Shown: piece after piece, positions 8,509 to 18,140 of the stretch
How positions within the stretch are numbered: the stretch's first letter is position 1
How the letters are laid out: each line of letters starts with the position of its first letter
Assembly: GCA_031412575.1 (NCBI GenBank)
Contig: JANODG010000248.1
Location: forward strand, 1 to 49,926
Reading direction: 5' to 3'
Source: Bdellovibrionales bacterium
GTDB taxonomy: Bacteria; Bdellovibrionota; Bdellovibrionia; Bdellovibrionales; UBA1609
DNA length: 49,926 nucleotides
Translations under genes and position numbers: made by a program
Notes under the pieces: model-generated
Told to the model about the DNA's origin: nothing
The model's input: the letters and a program-made list of their open reading frames with translations, nothing else
Database searches by the model: none

Positions 8509-10593
8509 TTAGAATTGAATCTCAAGACCTCCGCCTAAACTATCGTTGGTGAGCATCAGGCCAAGGGCCCACGACCACTTAGGTGCATACATGAGTGAAA
8601 CTTCAATTTCGGATTCGTGGGCGCCGTTTTGATCGGGGCGATAGGAATAATCAACGTCTGTAAAAATATTTTTACTCCATTGAAATCGCTTTTCTGCATC
8701 TATCCTTATTTTACCAGAATGATTTATTAAAAAATTTGTGCGAATCATAAACGGCAACACATAGCCAATCCCTAGGACAGCTTTTTCTTCTTCTCCGAAA
8801 CTTGTTCCACCAGCAATAATATTTAAATATCTGTTGATCCATCTTCGATAAAAAAGATCAACTTCATAATCCCATTTTTCATCAAATGAAAATTGTTTGT
8901 TATTGATGTTGGCAGTTTCTATTCGTGCTTCGAATTGATTCCAGGTTTGGGAAAGGCTTAAAAAAGCTTCGCCATGATTCGATGATGTTTCAATCGCACC
9001 ATATTTATACCAATGATCGTGTAAATGTGGATCAAGTTTTTGCCACTTCGCAATTTCAGGAGCTGGGGTGAATGAAGAGTATTTCACCACACGCGCCATT
9101 CCTGTTTTTAAGTGATAAAGATTATGACAATGAAGCATCCATTCCCCAGGTTCGTTAGCTAAAAATTCTATGGTACGGGATTGATGGGGGGGCACATCTA
9201 CCGTATGTTTCATCGGAGATTTATCTCCGTTTTTATTTAGAACGCGAAAGAAGTGACCATGCAAGTGCATCGGGTGATGCATCATAGTTTGATTCACAAT
9301 GGTGAAGCGAACAACGTCGTTTTCTTTAATCTCTATATTGCGGTCTTGATGTATCGCTTTATTGTTTATATGCCAAATGTAGCGAGCCATATCCCCACCG
9401 AGTACAAGCTTAACATCATAGCGCGCCACTTTTTCGGCTATGACTGTGGATTTAGAAGCCATAAGATCATCAACAGTCAGCGAATTAACTTTCGGTTTAT
9501 GATTCTGATGCGCACCATGATCGACGTGGATTTCATCTTTCGTCGACGTGTGGCTTGAGTGATTGCCATGGTTCATACTTGCATACTGATCAGGGAGGGG
9601 TCTTGTGGGTGCAAATACTTTTTCTCCCATTCCGATCCAGGCCGAAGCCCAGCCGGTTCCGTCTTGAGCGCTGGCGCGAAGTTCATAATTTTTATGCTCA
9701 GGCACGGTGAAAAGCACATCGTAAGTTTCTGCCATGCCTATCAAAATGTCGTTTGCATTTATGGGATCAATATCTACGCCATCAGCAGAAATAACAGTCA
9801 TAGGCGCGTCACCTAACGAGACATGAAAGTAACTTGAAGCTGCGGCATTAATTATCCGAAGTCGAATGCGCTCGCCAGGATGAGCCATTACAACCTGTGA
9901 ATCTTGTTTTCCGTTAATCAAAAACGCATCGTAACCCACGTCTGAAAGATCCATTCCGCCCATTCGGGTCCATTCGTTATTTAAAAAACGTCCAAGCGCA
10001 CCGTCGCCTTGCTTAATGGCGCCCAACCATGACCTCATTGTTCCCTTTTTATAAAGGTAATAGTCCCCATCTTTACGTAAGTTTTTTAATATTTGATCTG
10101 CATTTTCGTCGGACCAATCGCTTAAGACAATGGCGACATCTTTGTCGGCTTGAATTTTATTTTCACGAGGGTGAATAATGAAAGCACCGTAAACCCCTTT
10201 TTGTTCTTGGAGTTGGGTGTGCGAGTGGTACCAGTACGTTCCGCTTTGACGCAGTCGAAATTTAAAAGTGAAAGATTCGCCAGCTTTTATAGGTGCATTG
10301 TTGACGTAGGGCACACCGTCCATCTCTGGTGGCAGAAGTAACCCATGCCAATGGATTGAAAGTTCTTCTTTTTTTAATTTATTAATGACGGTGATTTCGG
10401 CATCGTCACCTTCGGTAAACGAAAGTGTGGGCGCTGGAATTTGTTCATTTAAAGAAATAGCGAAATCTACTGACTTTTTGCCACTAATGTTTACTGTTTG
10501 GCGATTAGCAACCAATTCGTATTTGACGGTTTTTGCAAAACTTAACTGCACAGAAGTTGCTGAAATTAAAAGTAATAAAAAATGCTGTTTCAT
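8509..10593 (-). CDS. multicopper oxidase with a C-terminal outer-membrane-like extension
   Basis: HWHG, WYHSH, HPMHLHGH and HCHNLYH copper sites; His-rich linker; signal peptide; aromatic beta-rich C-terminus ending in F. Confidence 0.93.
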   Translation of the reverse strand: MKQHFLLLLISATSVQLSFAKTVKYELVANRQTVNISGKKSVDFAISLNEQIPAPTLSFTEGDDAEITVINKLKKEELSIHWHGLLLPPEMDGVPYVNNAPIKAGESFTFKFRLRQSGTYWYHSHTQLQEQKGVYGAFIIHPRENKIQADKDVAIVLSDWSDENADQILKNLRKDGDYYLYKKGTMRSWLGAIKQGDGALGRFLNNEWTRMGGMDLSDVGYDAFLINGKQDSQVVMAHPGERIRLRIINAAASSYFHVSLGDAPMTVISADGVDIDPINANDILIGMAETYDVLFTVPEHKNYELRASAQDGTGWASAWIGMGEKVFAPTRPLPDQYASMNHGNHSSHTSTKDEIHVDHGAHQNHKPKVNSLTVDDLMASKSTVIAEKVARYDVKLVLGGDMARYIWHINNKAIHQDRNIEIKENDVVRFTIVNQTMMHHPMHLHGHFFRVLNKNGDKSPMKHTVDVPPHQSRTIEFLANEPGEWMLHCHNLYHLKTGMARVVKYSSFTPAPEIAKWQKLDPHLHDHWYKYGAIETSSNHGEAFLSLSQTWNQFEARIETANINNKQFSFDEKWDYEVDLFYRRWINRYLNIIAGGTSFGEEEKAVLGIGYVLPFMIRTNFLINHSGKIRIDAEKRFQWSKNIFTDVDYSYRPDQNGAHESEIEVSLMYAPKWSWALGLMLTNDSLGGGLEIQF

Positions 10594-11015
10594 AAAATTG
10601 GCTCACTTTGTAACATGGATGATGATTCATATATTAGTACGTATTAAATAATAGAATTGTGACATTATATTTTATTTATTTTACTGAAGGATAGAATTTG
10701 GTAAAAAATTTATTTTTAAAATAATTGTCACAAAATACAAATTACTTAAATTAGTAGGCGAAAAAAGGCGAATTAGAGACTGAATTATTATCTAAATAGA
10801 AATCAGTAGACTAGCATTTGATTAAGTGAACTACAATTCTCTTTGTAAATTCATCTAAAAGTTACGGTAGAAAAATTAAAAAAATAATTACAAGTATCTT
10901 TATAAAAAATATTTATCTAAAAAAAAATGAACTTGAATCAAATTAGAATCAAAAAACAGAACGTTCGGACAAGTTGGAAAGTAGTTGCTGTTTGGCGGAA
11001 AATATCTAAAATTAT

Positions 11016-11101
11016 AAATAGTTAAATAGTTAAATAGTTAAATAGTTAAATAGTTAAATAGTTAAATAGTTAAATAGTTAAATAGTTAAATAGTTAAATA
11101 G
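11016..11101. repeat. perfect 8-bp tandem repeat (AAATAGTT)x10 plus a partial unit
   Basis: Read directly from the sequence. Confidence 0.97.
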
Positions 11102-11156
11102 AACATAGGAACCAAGTTAGATCCTGTTTTTTTTAAGCTGCAGAGGAAATTAAAAA

Positions 11157-12206
11157 ATGAATTCAAATTTAAAAATATTTGTTTTTCTAATTGTATTTAC
11201 TTTGACTTCTCCGTTAGGCCTTTTTGCGCAAGATGAAATGAAACCTGCTAAAGGTGGCTTCTTTAAAGCACGCACGAAAAAGCGCTGGATGGAAAAACAG
11301 CAAAACCCCCCAGAAACAAATGCGACAACGGATGATGTGATTACTAAACCTGGTGATTACACGTTTAAAATATCAAGCTCGGGTATTGATCGATATTATA
11401 TGGTTCATATTCCAGCGAAGTATTCGGTCAAAATGCCAGCGCCTTTGATTGTTGCCATGCACGGAGCAAAAGGAAACATGAGCATTCAGGCTTCGGATAA
11501 AGCCTATAAACTGATTTCGAAATCAGACAAGGAAGGTTTTATTGTCGCATTTCCGAATGGCTACAGTAAATTTCCATCTGGTAAAATGGCCACTTGGAAC
11601 GCTGGTAAATGTTGTGCCCTGGCCCGCGATAACGAAATTGACGACGTTAAATTTATTAACGAAATAGTCGAATACATTAAAAAGCAATTTAAGATTGATG
11701 CAAAAAAAGTATTTGCCATTGGAATGTCCAATGGTGGCATGATGGCTTACCGACTTGCCTGTGATTCTGCCAAACTCTTTAAAGCCATAGCTTCTGTCAC
11801 GGGCACGGACATTACAAAAAGTTGTAAACCATCGAAGGCTGTTTCGATTCTTCACATCCACGCCAAAGACGACGAACTTGTTTTGTTTAAGGGTGGAAAA
11901 GGAAAAGGAGCGTCGCCTGATAAATCAGACATCACCGATTTCCCACCAGTTAATGATGTCATAAAAAAATGGACAAAACTAAATGAGTGTTCTTCCACCC
12001 CGAAGAAAATCATTGAAAAACCAAAAGCCTATTGTGAGCTTTATTCTAATTGCAGCGAAAAGACCGAAGTGCAACTTTGTGTCACTGAAAACGGTGGTCA
12101 CACTTGGCCGGGTGGCGAAGGTCATTCTTTTAATAAAAAAGCGGCGCCGCCTTCGGTGGAAATTTCTGCAACCGATGTGATGTGGGATTTCTTTAAAAAT
12201 AAATAG
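11157..12206 (+). CDS. secreted alpha/beta-hydrolase esterase (PHB depolymerase/LpqP-like)
   Basis: Signal peptide, AMHG, GMSNGG nucleophile elbow, WNAGKCC, GGHTWPG. Confidence 0.88.
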   Translation: MNSNLKIFVFLIVFTLTSPLGLFAQDEMKPAKGGFFKARTKKRWMEKQQNPPETNATTDDVITKPGDYTFKISSSGIDRYYMVHIPAKYSVKMPAPLIVAMHGAKGNMSIQASDKAYKLISKSDKEGFIVAFPNGYSKFPSGKMATWNAGKCCALARDNEIDDVKFINEIVEYIKKQFKIDAKKVFAIGMSNGGMMAYRLACDSAKLFKAIASVTGTDITKSCKPSKAVSILHIHAKDDELVLFKGGKGKGASPDKSDITDFPPVNDVIKKWTKLNECSSTPKKIIEKPKAYCELYSNCSEKTEVQLCVTENGGHTWPGGEGHSFNKKAAPPSVEISATDVMWDFFKNK

Positions 12207-12341
12207 GATTTTTCAATTCTCAATCACGATTAAAAAAATCTCTTCAATGTGGAAAAATTGGTCGTTTGTTTGAACTTTAAAACTCTAGATCGACTGAAGC
12301 TCTTTTTAAAAAGGCTTAGCTTTTGCTACATCAAAATCTCT

Positions 12342-13640
12342 GTGAATAAAAAAACAAAAGTTTTAAAGCGCACTGTTGGATTACCTATGCTTACCTTTTA
12401 CGGTACGGGGATGATTTTAGGTGCGGGAATTTATTCCATCATAGGACAAGCGGCGGGTATAGCCGGTGATAGTCTTTGGCAAGGTTTTCTGCTTGCAGGA
12501 TTTGCAGCGCTTCTGACGGCATTGTCCTATGCTGAACTTGCAACGATGTACCCCACGGCAGGCGCAGAGTATATTTATTTACGAAAAGCATTTTCTAATC
12601 AACGATGGCTTGCAGCCACGGTAGGTAACGTTGTTATTTTCGCAGGTTGTGCAGCAGCCGCAACGGTAGCGCTTGCATTTACAAGTTATTTACAACACTT
12701 TATTACAATCCCGCGTTTTATAACAGCAATCAGTGTCATCGTATTTTTTAGTGGCATCAATATTCTTGGACTTCGACAATCCGTTTGGACAAATGTGATT
12801 TTCACTACAATCGAAGTTTTGGGTTTAATTCTTTTCATTTGGTTAGGATGGCAAAAAGCCGATTTTGGAAACGCTTTATTTACCCCTCCGTCCTTAGCCA
12901 CCGTTTCAAGTTCAGCTTTAATTATTTTCGCATTCCTAGGATTTGAAAATATAGTAAGTCTTGCCGAAGAAACCAAAGAACCCGGTAAAACAATTCCTCG
13001 AGCAATAATTTTAAGTTTAATCATTTCTACATCACTTTATGTTTTGGTAAGTCTTGCAGCTGTGGCCCTTATGCCGCCCGAACAATTAGGTTCGACTGAA
13101 TCTGCAATTTTAGACGCTTCGCTAAAAAGTTCTCGGAAAGTCGCTGGAATTTTAGGAGGGATAGCACTTTTCTCGACTGCAAATACGGTTTTAGTTGGAC
13201 TAGTCACAACAAGCAGAATTATTTACGGAATTTCAAAAGATAAGTCTTTACCGCAAATTTTCTCTAAAATATTAAAAAAACAACAGACTCCTTGGCTAGC
13301 GGCACTTGTTGCGATGGTAGGTTCGTCATTTCTCTTACCATTCGGAAAAGTGGAGATACTCGCTAGCATCGCTTCGTTTTTAACGATGATTGTTTTTTGC
13401 TCGGTTAATGTTTCGGTTATTAAACTAAGATTTACTTCTCCAGATTTAAAACGGCCTTTCAAAACTCCGCTTGCAATCAAGTCTGTTCCCTTATTACCTG
13501 TCCTGGGTCTACTTGTTTGTTTAATATTTCTGTTTCAGTTTAAAAGCATAGTTTACATTACAGGTCTTATTGCTTTTTTAGGTTCAGCAGGAATTTATTT
13601 GATATACAATAGCTTTAGAATTAGGAGTGCAAATGTCTAA
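12342..13640 (+). CDS. APC family amino acid permease
   Basis: GMILGAGIY, SYAELATMYP.AG.EY, FAFLGFE, EETKEP; about 12 TM segments; start revised to GTG 12342. Confidence 0.92.
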   Translation: MNKKTKVLKRTVGLPMLTFYGTGMILGAGIYSIIGQAAGIAGDSLWQGFLLAGFAALLTALSYAELATMYPTAGAEYIYLRKAFSNQRWLAATVGNVVIFAGCAAAATVALAFTSYLQHFITIPRFITAISVIVFFSGINILGLRQSVWTNVIFTTIEVLGLILFIWLGWQKADFGNALFTPPSLATVSSSALIIFAFLGFENIVSLAEETKEPGKTIPRAIILSLIISTSLYVLVSLAAVALMPPEQLGSTESAILDASLKSSRKVAGILGGIALFSTANTVLVGLVTTSRIIYGISKDKSLPQIFSKILKKQQTPWLAALVAMVGSSFLLPFGKVEILASIASFLTMIVFCSVNVSVIKLRFTSPDLKRPFKTPLAIKSVPLLPVLGLLVCLIFLFQFKSIVYITGLIAFLGSAGIYLIYNSFRIRSANV

Positions 13641-14334
13641 ATCTTCTATGCCGGCGGAGTCACATCGTTCGCATCACATCAACTGGCTTCGGGCCGCCGT
13701 GCTAGGTGCAAACGATGGAATAGTTTCTACAGCAAGTCTTATTCTTGGTGTTGCTGCTGCAAACTCTAATTACGAAAATATTTTATTGACTGGAATTGCC
13801 GGTCTTGTTGCTGGTGCTATGTCGATGGCTGCTGGCGAATATGTATCTGTAAGTTCACAATCTGATACTGAAAAAGCAGATTTAGATCGCGAAAAAGTTG
13901 AACTTGAAACTAATGCTGAGTTTGAAGAAGCGGAACTTGCGCAAATTTATGTAAGTCGTGGACTAGATTCGGATTTGGCACAGCAAGTTGCCAAAAAGTT
14001 AACGGAGTATGATGCGATTGGTAGCCATGCAAGGGACGAATTAGGGATAAACGAATTTTTTAGTGCACGCCCTGTTCAAGCTGCATTCGCATCAGCTGCA
14101 GCATTTTCCGTAGGTGCAATTTTTCCCTTACTTTTAGTTGTAATCAGCAATAAGGATTACTTAATCTTATTTGTTTCGATAGGATCACTTTTTTTTCTAG
14201 CACTGCTTGGTGTTTTTGCCGCTAAGGTTGGCGGGGCAAATGTTTTTAAAGGGGCTTTCAGGGTTTGCTTTTGGGGCATGATTGCGATGGTCGTCACTGC
14301 GGGAATTGGTTTTCTTTTTGGTTTAGTGATTTAG
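13633..14334 (+). CDS. VIT1/CCC1 family Fe/Mn transporter
   Basis: WLRAAVLGANDGIVS, GAMSMAAGEYVSV, HARDELG; AGGAG RBS; overlaps the permease stop. Confidence 0.95.
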   Translation: MSKSSMPAESHRSHHINWLRAAVLGANDGIVSTASLILGVAAANSNYENILLTGIAGLVAGAMSMAAGEYVSVSSQSDTEKADLDREKVELETNAEFEEAELAQIYVSRGLDSDLAQQVAKKLTEYDAIGSHARDELGINEFFSARPVQAAFASAAAFSVGAIFPLLLVVISNKDYLILFVSIGSLFFLALLGVFAAKVGGANVFKGAFRVCFWGMIAMVVTAGIGFLFGLVI

Positions 14335-14532
14335 CTAAGATTCAAAAAATTTAATAGATTCTCTTTTGAATAAAATAAAATAAAAAAATAAATTGATAAC
14401 GTGTACAAAAGACTCTTTGAAGTTGAATTATTCCACGTTTTAATTCCAAACTTTTCACAAGTCGCTTGTGTGCGCCTACATATAGGCCTGGTAATTGCAT
14501 TTTTAGTCTAAGAATCAACCGAAGGAGTGATT

Positions 14533-15189
14533 ATGTCATTTATAAAAACAGATTCAGAACTTAAACGAGATGTAGTTAATGAACTAATTTGGGACCCAAG
14601 TATATCTTCGGATGACATTTTAGTATCGGTGTCCGAGGGAATTGTTACTTTTCATGGTCATGTACCACACTATTTTGAAAAATTATTGGCTGAAAAAGCT
14701 GCTCAAAGAGTTAGTGGTGTAAAAGCTGTCGCCGATGAACTTGAAGTTAAAAGTATATTCGATAAATCTGACGAAGAAATTGCTCAAGCCGCTTATAACG
14801 CGATCAAATGGAACTATTCGGTGCCAAATGATATCGGTGTCTCTGTGCAGAAGGGTTGGATCACTTTAAGAGGTCAAGCCGATTGGGATTATCAAAGAAA
14901 TGCAGCCAAAGAATCCGTTAGTGAACTTATGGGCGTCACAGGTGTCTCAAACGAAATCACCATCAAAACAAAAATTCAGCCTTCGGATATAAAATCCAGG
15001 ATTGAAGAGGCATTGAAGCGATCAGCCGAAAAAGAAAGTAAACAGATAAGTGTCTCGGTTCACGGCGATAAAGTTACATTAAGCGGAAAAGTACATTCAT
15101 TTGCAGAAGGTGCAGATGCTAGGCTTGCCGCATGGATGGCGCCAGGAGTGAATTCTGTCGTAGACAACTTAAAGATTTCAAGATTTTAA
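14533..15189 (+). CDS. triple BON-domain (OsmY-like) protein
   Basis: Three V.V..G.VTL.G...A....GV..V.N.L-like repeats; AAGGAG RBS. Confidence 0.92.
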   Translation: MSFIKTDSELKRDVVNELIWDPSISSDDILVSVSEGIVTFHGHVPHYFEKLLAEKAAQRVSGVKAVADELEVKSIFDKSDEEIAQAAYNAIKWNYSVPNDIGVSVQKGWITLRGQADWDYQRNAAKESVSELMGVTGVSNEITIKTKIQPSDIKSRIEEALKRSAEKESKQISVSVHGDKVTLSGKVHSFAEGADARLAAWMAPGVNSVVDNLKISRF

Positions 15190-15217
15190 ACGATTTAAAC
15201 TTTAAACAGGAGTATGA

Positions 15218-15445
15218 ATGATAAATTCTCAAGATGTAAAACCCAATATGCCAGTAGTTTGTTCTACAAATGCCGAGTTCGGTATCGTTGATCACTTAGA
15301 GGGTACAGACCAGATTAAACTCCAAAAAGATGACAGTGGACGACATCATTTAATCCCACTTAAGTGGGTAAATTTTGTTGATGATAAGGTGCATGTCGAC
15401 CGACCCGGTGACCAAGTTATGAAGGAATGGACCGAAGTGAACTAA
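15218..15445 (+). CDS. DUF2171 family protein
   Basis: M.VVCS....GIVDHLEG..IKL.K...GRHHLIPL.WV..VD pattern; AGGAG RBS. Confidence 0.88.
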   Translation: MINSQDVKPNMPVVCSTNAEFGIVDHLEGTDQIKLQKDDSGRHHLIPLKWVNFVDDKVHVDRPGDQVMKEWTEVN

Positions 15446-15489
15446 ATTATCATAGAACTTCTTTTCGTGATCGAAATTTTCTATCTTCA

Positions 15490-15672
15490 TCCACACCTGT
15501 GAATACAAGACGGGTAAGCAAGCCATAATTGGCTTGGCAACCTTGTTTTCACCTTTTTCACGATTTGAATCCGCTCTCTCGATATCTATTTTTGAGCTCA
15601 CGGAGTCATACTCACCTGCGCCTAATGTGTTGATAACGATGAGCTTCAGCAGGTATGTGGCTTTAAACACAT
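15490..15672 (-). pseudogene. deletion-collapsed VIT1/CCC1 relic
   Basis: AGGA..ATG, then HIPAEAHRYQHI (cf. SMPAESHRSHHI), then in another frame GAGEYDSVSSKIDIERADSNREKGE (cf. AAGEYVSVSSQSDTEKADLDREKVE) and KVAK; 3' boundary approximate. Confidence 0.85.
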
Positions 15673-15683
15673 GAGTTCCTTTT

Positions 15684-15782
15684 TTATAAAAAATTTATAT
15701 AAAAATAAATTCCCGATCTTAGAATCATTCCTGTCCCATAAAATATCAGCATCGGTAATCCGGGTGAACGATTTAATGCCAT
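15684..15782 (-). pseudogene. deletion-collapsed APC permease relic
   Basis: MALNRSPGLPMLIFYGTGMILRSGIYFYINFL* versus VLKRTVGLPMLTFYGTGMILGAGIY of the intact permease. Confidence 0.88.
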
Positions 15783-15804
15783 AGTTGGGGAACTCTCCGG
15801 GATT

Positions 15805-16899
15805 TCATATAATCACCGCATCTATAGGTCGTCTTAAGGACCGAGGCATGAGTCGTCCTCGTCCAAAACGAACAATGAGGTCGGCCCTTCGGTCTCCTAG
15901 TCCCAGGAAAGTTTCGAACTGATGTTTTAAAGAGGGCACTTCAACTGGCTGATTCAAAAATGCATTTCGAATTCCCAATGACGTCGATAACAAAGCAAAT
16001 CGCTCATAACAGCGACCGACTTCAACCCAATTTTCCTTAGTGCTTGAGTCAGACGTAAAAATCGCAATGCCAGATGAGCTACGCACTTGCTTTACATATT
16101 TTTCGTTCTCACTTTTTGAATCAAAAACAAAATCAAAGATTAAGTTGCCAATCCAAGTTGGTAATGACGGGTTTCCTGCGGCCAAGGACAAAAGTCCATC
16201 TTTTTTTTGAACAGCTTCATTTTTGTTAAACCGAATCCAAGTTTTTAGTTCTTTTATAAATGTTTGGTCTTTCATTTGAATAGAATTCGCTTGCAAAATA
16301 TATTCAAGAATTTTTGCTATCATGCTTTTTTCAGTAAAGATTAAAACATTTACGCCTTTGCCAAGGCCAACTGTTTCCAGACTTTTTAATTCCTCTAAGG
16401 ACAATGGTTTGTTATCGTATTCAGAACGAGTGCTTTGGCGTTCGGTGATGGCTTTAAATAGATTTGATGGGGCCGATTTTGTATCCTCTATTGAAATCTT
16501 AATCTCGTCATTTGCCATGTTGTTAAAAGTTGTATCCGTTCTAAATCCATAAGCCTGCGCTGCTTGAATTAAATTTTCAGCCGCGCACCCCAATGAAACA
16601 AAAAGATGGTGGTCGTTTGGATCAACAGAAGGACATCTCCTTTTTAAATCCGGGAGTATGGTGATGGCCTTGTCTTCAATCTTAAATTTCCAGCACTGAG
16701 TGTTATGGCTTGAAGGAGCAAGCGTCGCGTATCGCACTAATTCACGCCGTAGGGGTATGCCATTAATGTCAACTAATATACTTTTTTCCCAAATTTCTTG
16801 GATTGCGTTTTCGTAACTTCTATTCGCTGTCCGATCAGAACTTGCGGGCAAAAGCGATATTCCACCTGCAGATGAAAGCATAAATTGTCTACGTGTCAT
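15805..16899 (-). CDS. Acg-family FMN-binding nitroreductase with a Tat-like N-terminus
   Basis: MTRRQFM start after AAGGAG; ATLAPSSHNTQCW, SLGCAAENL, NQPVEV, SLRRP. Confidence 0.9.
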   Translation of the reverse strand: MTRRQFMLSSAGGISLLPASSDRTANRSYENAIQEIWEKSILVDINGIPLRRELVRYATLAPSSHNTQCWKFKIEDKAITILPDLKRRCPSVDPNDHHLFVSLGCAAENLIQAAQAYGFRTDTTFNNMANDEIKISIEDTKSAPSNLFKAITERQSTRSEYDNKPLSLEELKSLETVGLGKGVNVLIFTEKSMIAKILEYILQANSIQMKDQTFIKELKTWIRFNKNEAVQKKDGLLSLAAGNPSLPTWIGNLIFDFVFDSKSENEKYVKQVRSSSGIAIFTSDSSTKENWVEVGRCYERFALLSTSLGIRNAFLNQPVEVPSLKHQFETFLGLGDRRADLIVRFGRGRLMPRSLRRPIDAVII

Positions 16900-17725
16900 A
16901 TTTTGACCACTCCTTAGGAACATCATACTCAATTTTTTTGACAAAAAAGTGAGCGTAACTAAAATCTATGTTTGCCAATCTCCACGAAACTTCAATGTTA
17001 GTGGGTACTGAAATGTCATTTAAATTTTTGTAGTCGCTGATTTTTGCGATCCAGGTTTCAAGGTGATCTTTATCCATGTATCTTTTAGTTTCTAATTCAG
17101 TGATTTCACCTTTAGTATTAAATGTGACTATATACTTGAGCTTTAGATCCTTGTAAGTAAATTCTAAGTTGGCAGAAAAATCGTCCATTTCAGTCCAAGC
17201 CAACTTTTCTGAAGGCAATAAATTTGTAGGAAACCAAACACTTTCGCTTAACCATCTTAAAAGTTCACCCTGATCAAACTCTGGACCTTTACTATCAATA
17301 ATATTGTAAAGGGACATGATAGAAACAACTAAGCTACCTTCGCCGTTCATGTACATATCGCGAGCAGTAAAAAAAGAGGTAGTACCTTGCCAGATAAATC
17401 CGGGGTTTTCGATATTAAAATATTGTTTTCCCTTTATAGAAATCCAGTTTTTTCTTAGATTTGTTTTAAAATATCCGTTATGTAAAATCCTCACGTAACT
17501 GATGTAGGGTTGGTCTTCCTTTAGAACTAATCTGAAGTAGCGCTGAACTGGTGTGGGCAGAGTTTCAATTTGTGAAAAACTAAAACGTTGGTCTTCAATA
17601 CTTTTTGATTTCGAAAAAAAGTTCCCTACTAGGGCGCTAAACTGACGGGAATTCCTGGAAAAGTTAATTCTTAGCAAAAGGACAAAACCTACAATAACAA
17701 AAAGAAGAAAAATAATTACTTTCAT
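16889..17725 (-). CDS. DUF6544/DUF6920-like membrane-anchored protein
   Basis: LPTPVQRYF, PGFIW, ARDMY..GEG, GELLRWLSE.VW.PT.LLP; start revised to MKVIIF. Confidence 0.8.
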   Translation of the reverse strand: MKVIIFLLFVIVGFVLLLRINFSRNSRQFSALVGNFFSKSKSIEDQRFSFSQIETLPTPVQRYFRLVLKEDQPYISYVRILHNGYFKTNLRKNWISIKGKQYFNIENPGFIWQGTTSFFTARDMYMNGEGSLVVSIMSLYNIIDSKGPEFDQGELLRWLSESVWFPTNLLPSEKLAWTEMDDFSANLEFTYKDLKLKYIVTFNTKGEITELETKRYMDKDHLETWIAKISDYKNLNDISVPTNIEVSWRLANIDFSYAHFFVKKIEYDVPKEWSKYDT

Positions 17726-18140
17726 GTTGATAAACAATCTACTGCAAAAACCGAACCTTCCCTGTGCTGAGCTCCGTCGGATTGGCGATCTTAAATCTCT
17801 GCTACGACCAAATACTACTCGTCGACGAGACAATATGACTCCTATTACTGATTAGATTATACGATGAAGGCTACACAAAAATAATTTACTTAAAATTTAT
17901 TTGCCTAATTGTTTAATCAAATCTTGCGAGCGTTTGTATGCGCTTACGATGACTATTCCCTTTTGTATTAATGCTATGTTTGGTACAATGACGATTGAGG
18001 TATAATGTGAACTTAATTTAAGTAGTCCGTAAGCTTTCAATCCAATAGTTGCATTTTGACGATTCATATCTACCCGGACGAGTTAGTTAAAATGCCAGTG
18101 AATAAAGAATCACTTTTTCTTTAGCAAAGGAGCACTTCAA

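Noticed and set aside
9253-10651. Plus-strand ORFs over the multicopper oxidase
   Set aside because: Antisense to a well-supported gene, with no motifs
11016-11101. Possible CRISPR array or iterons
   Set aside because: Contiguous 8-bp units with no spacers; no cas or rep gene nearby
15350-15670. 106-aa track ORF as an intact gene
   Set aside because: It is one frame of the VIT1 relic running on into the antisense of DUF2171
17726-17833. Arg-rich N-terminal extension of the DUF6544-like gene as a Tat signal
   Set aside because: An AGGAG precedes the TTG, but the extension lacks a proper Tat motif and hydrophobic core; ATG 17725 gives a normal anchor
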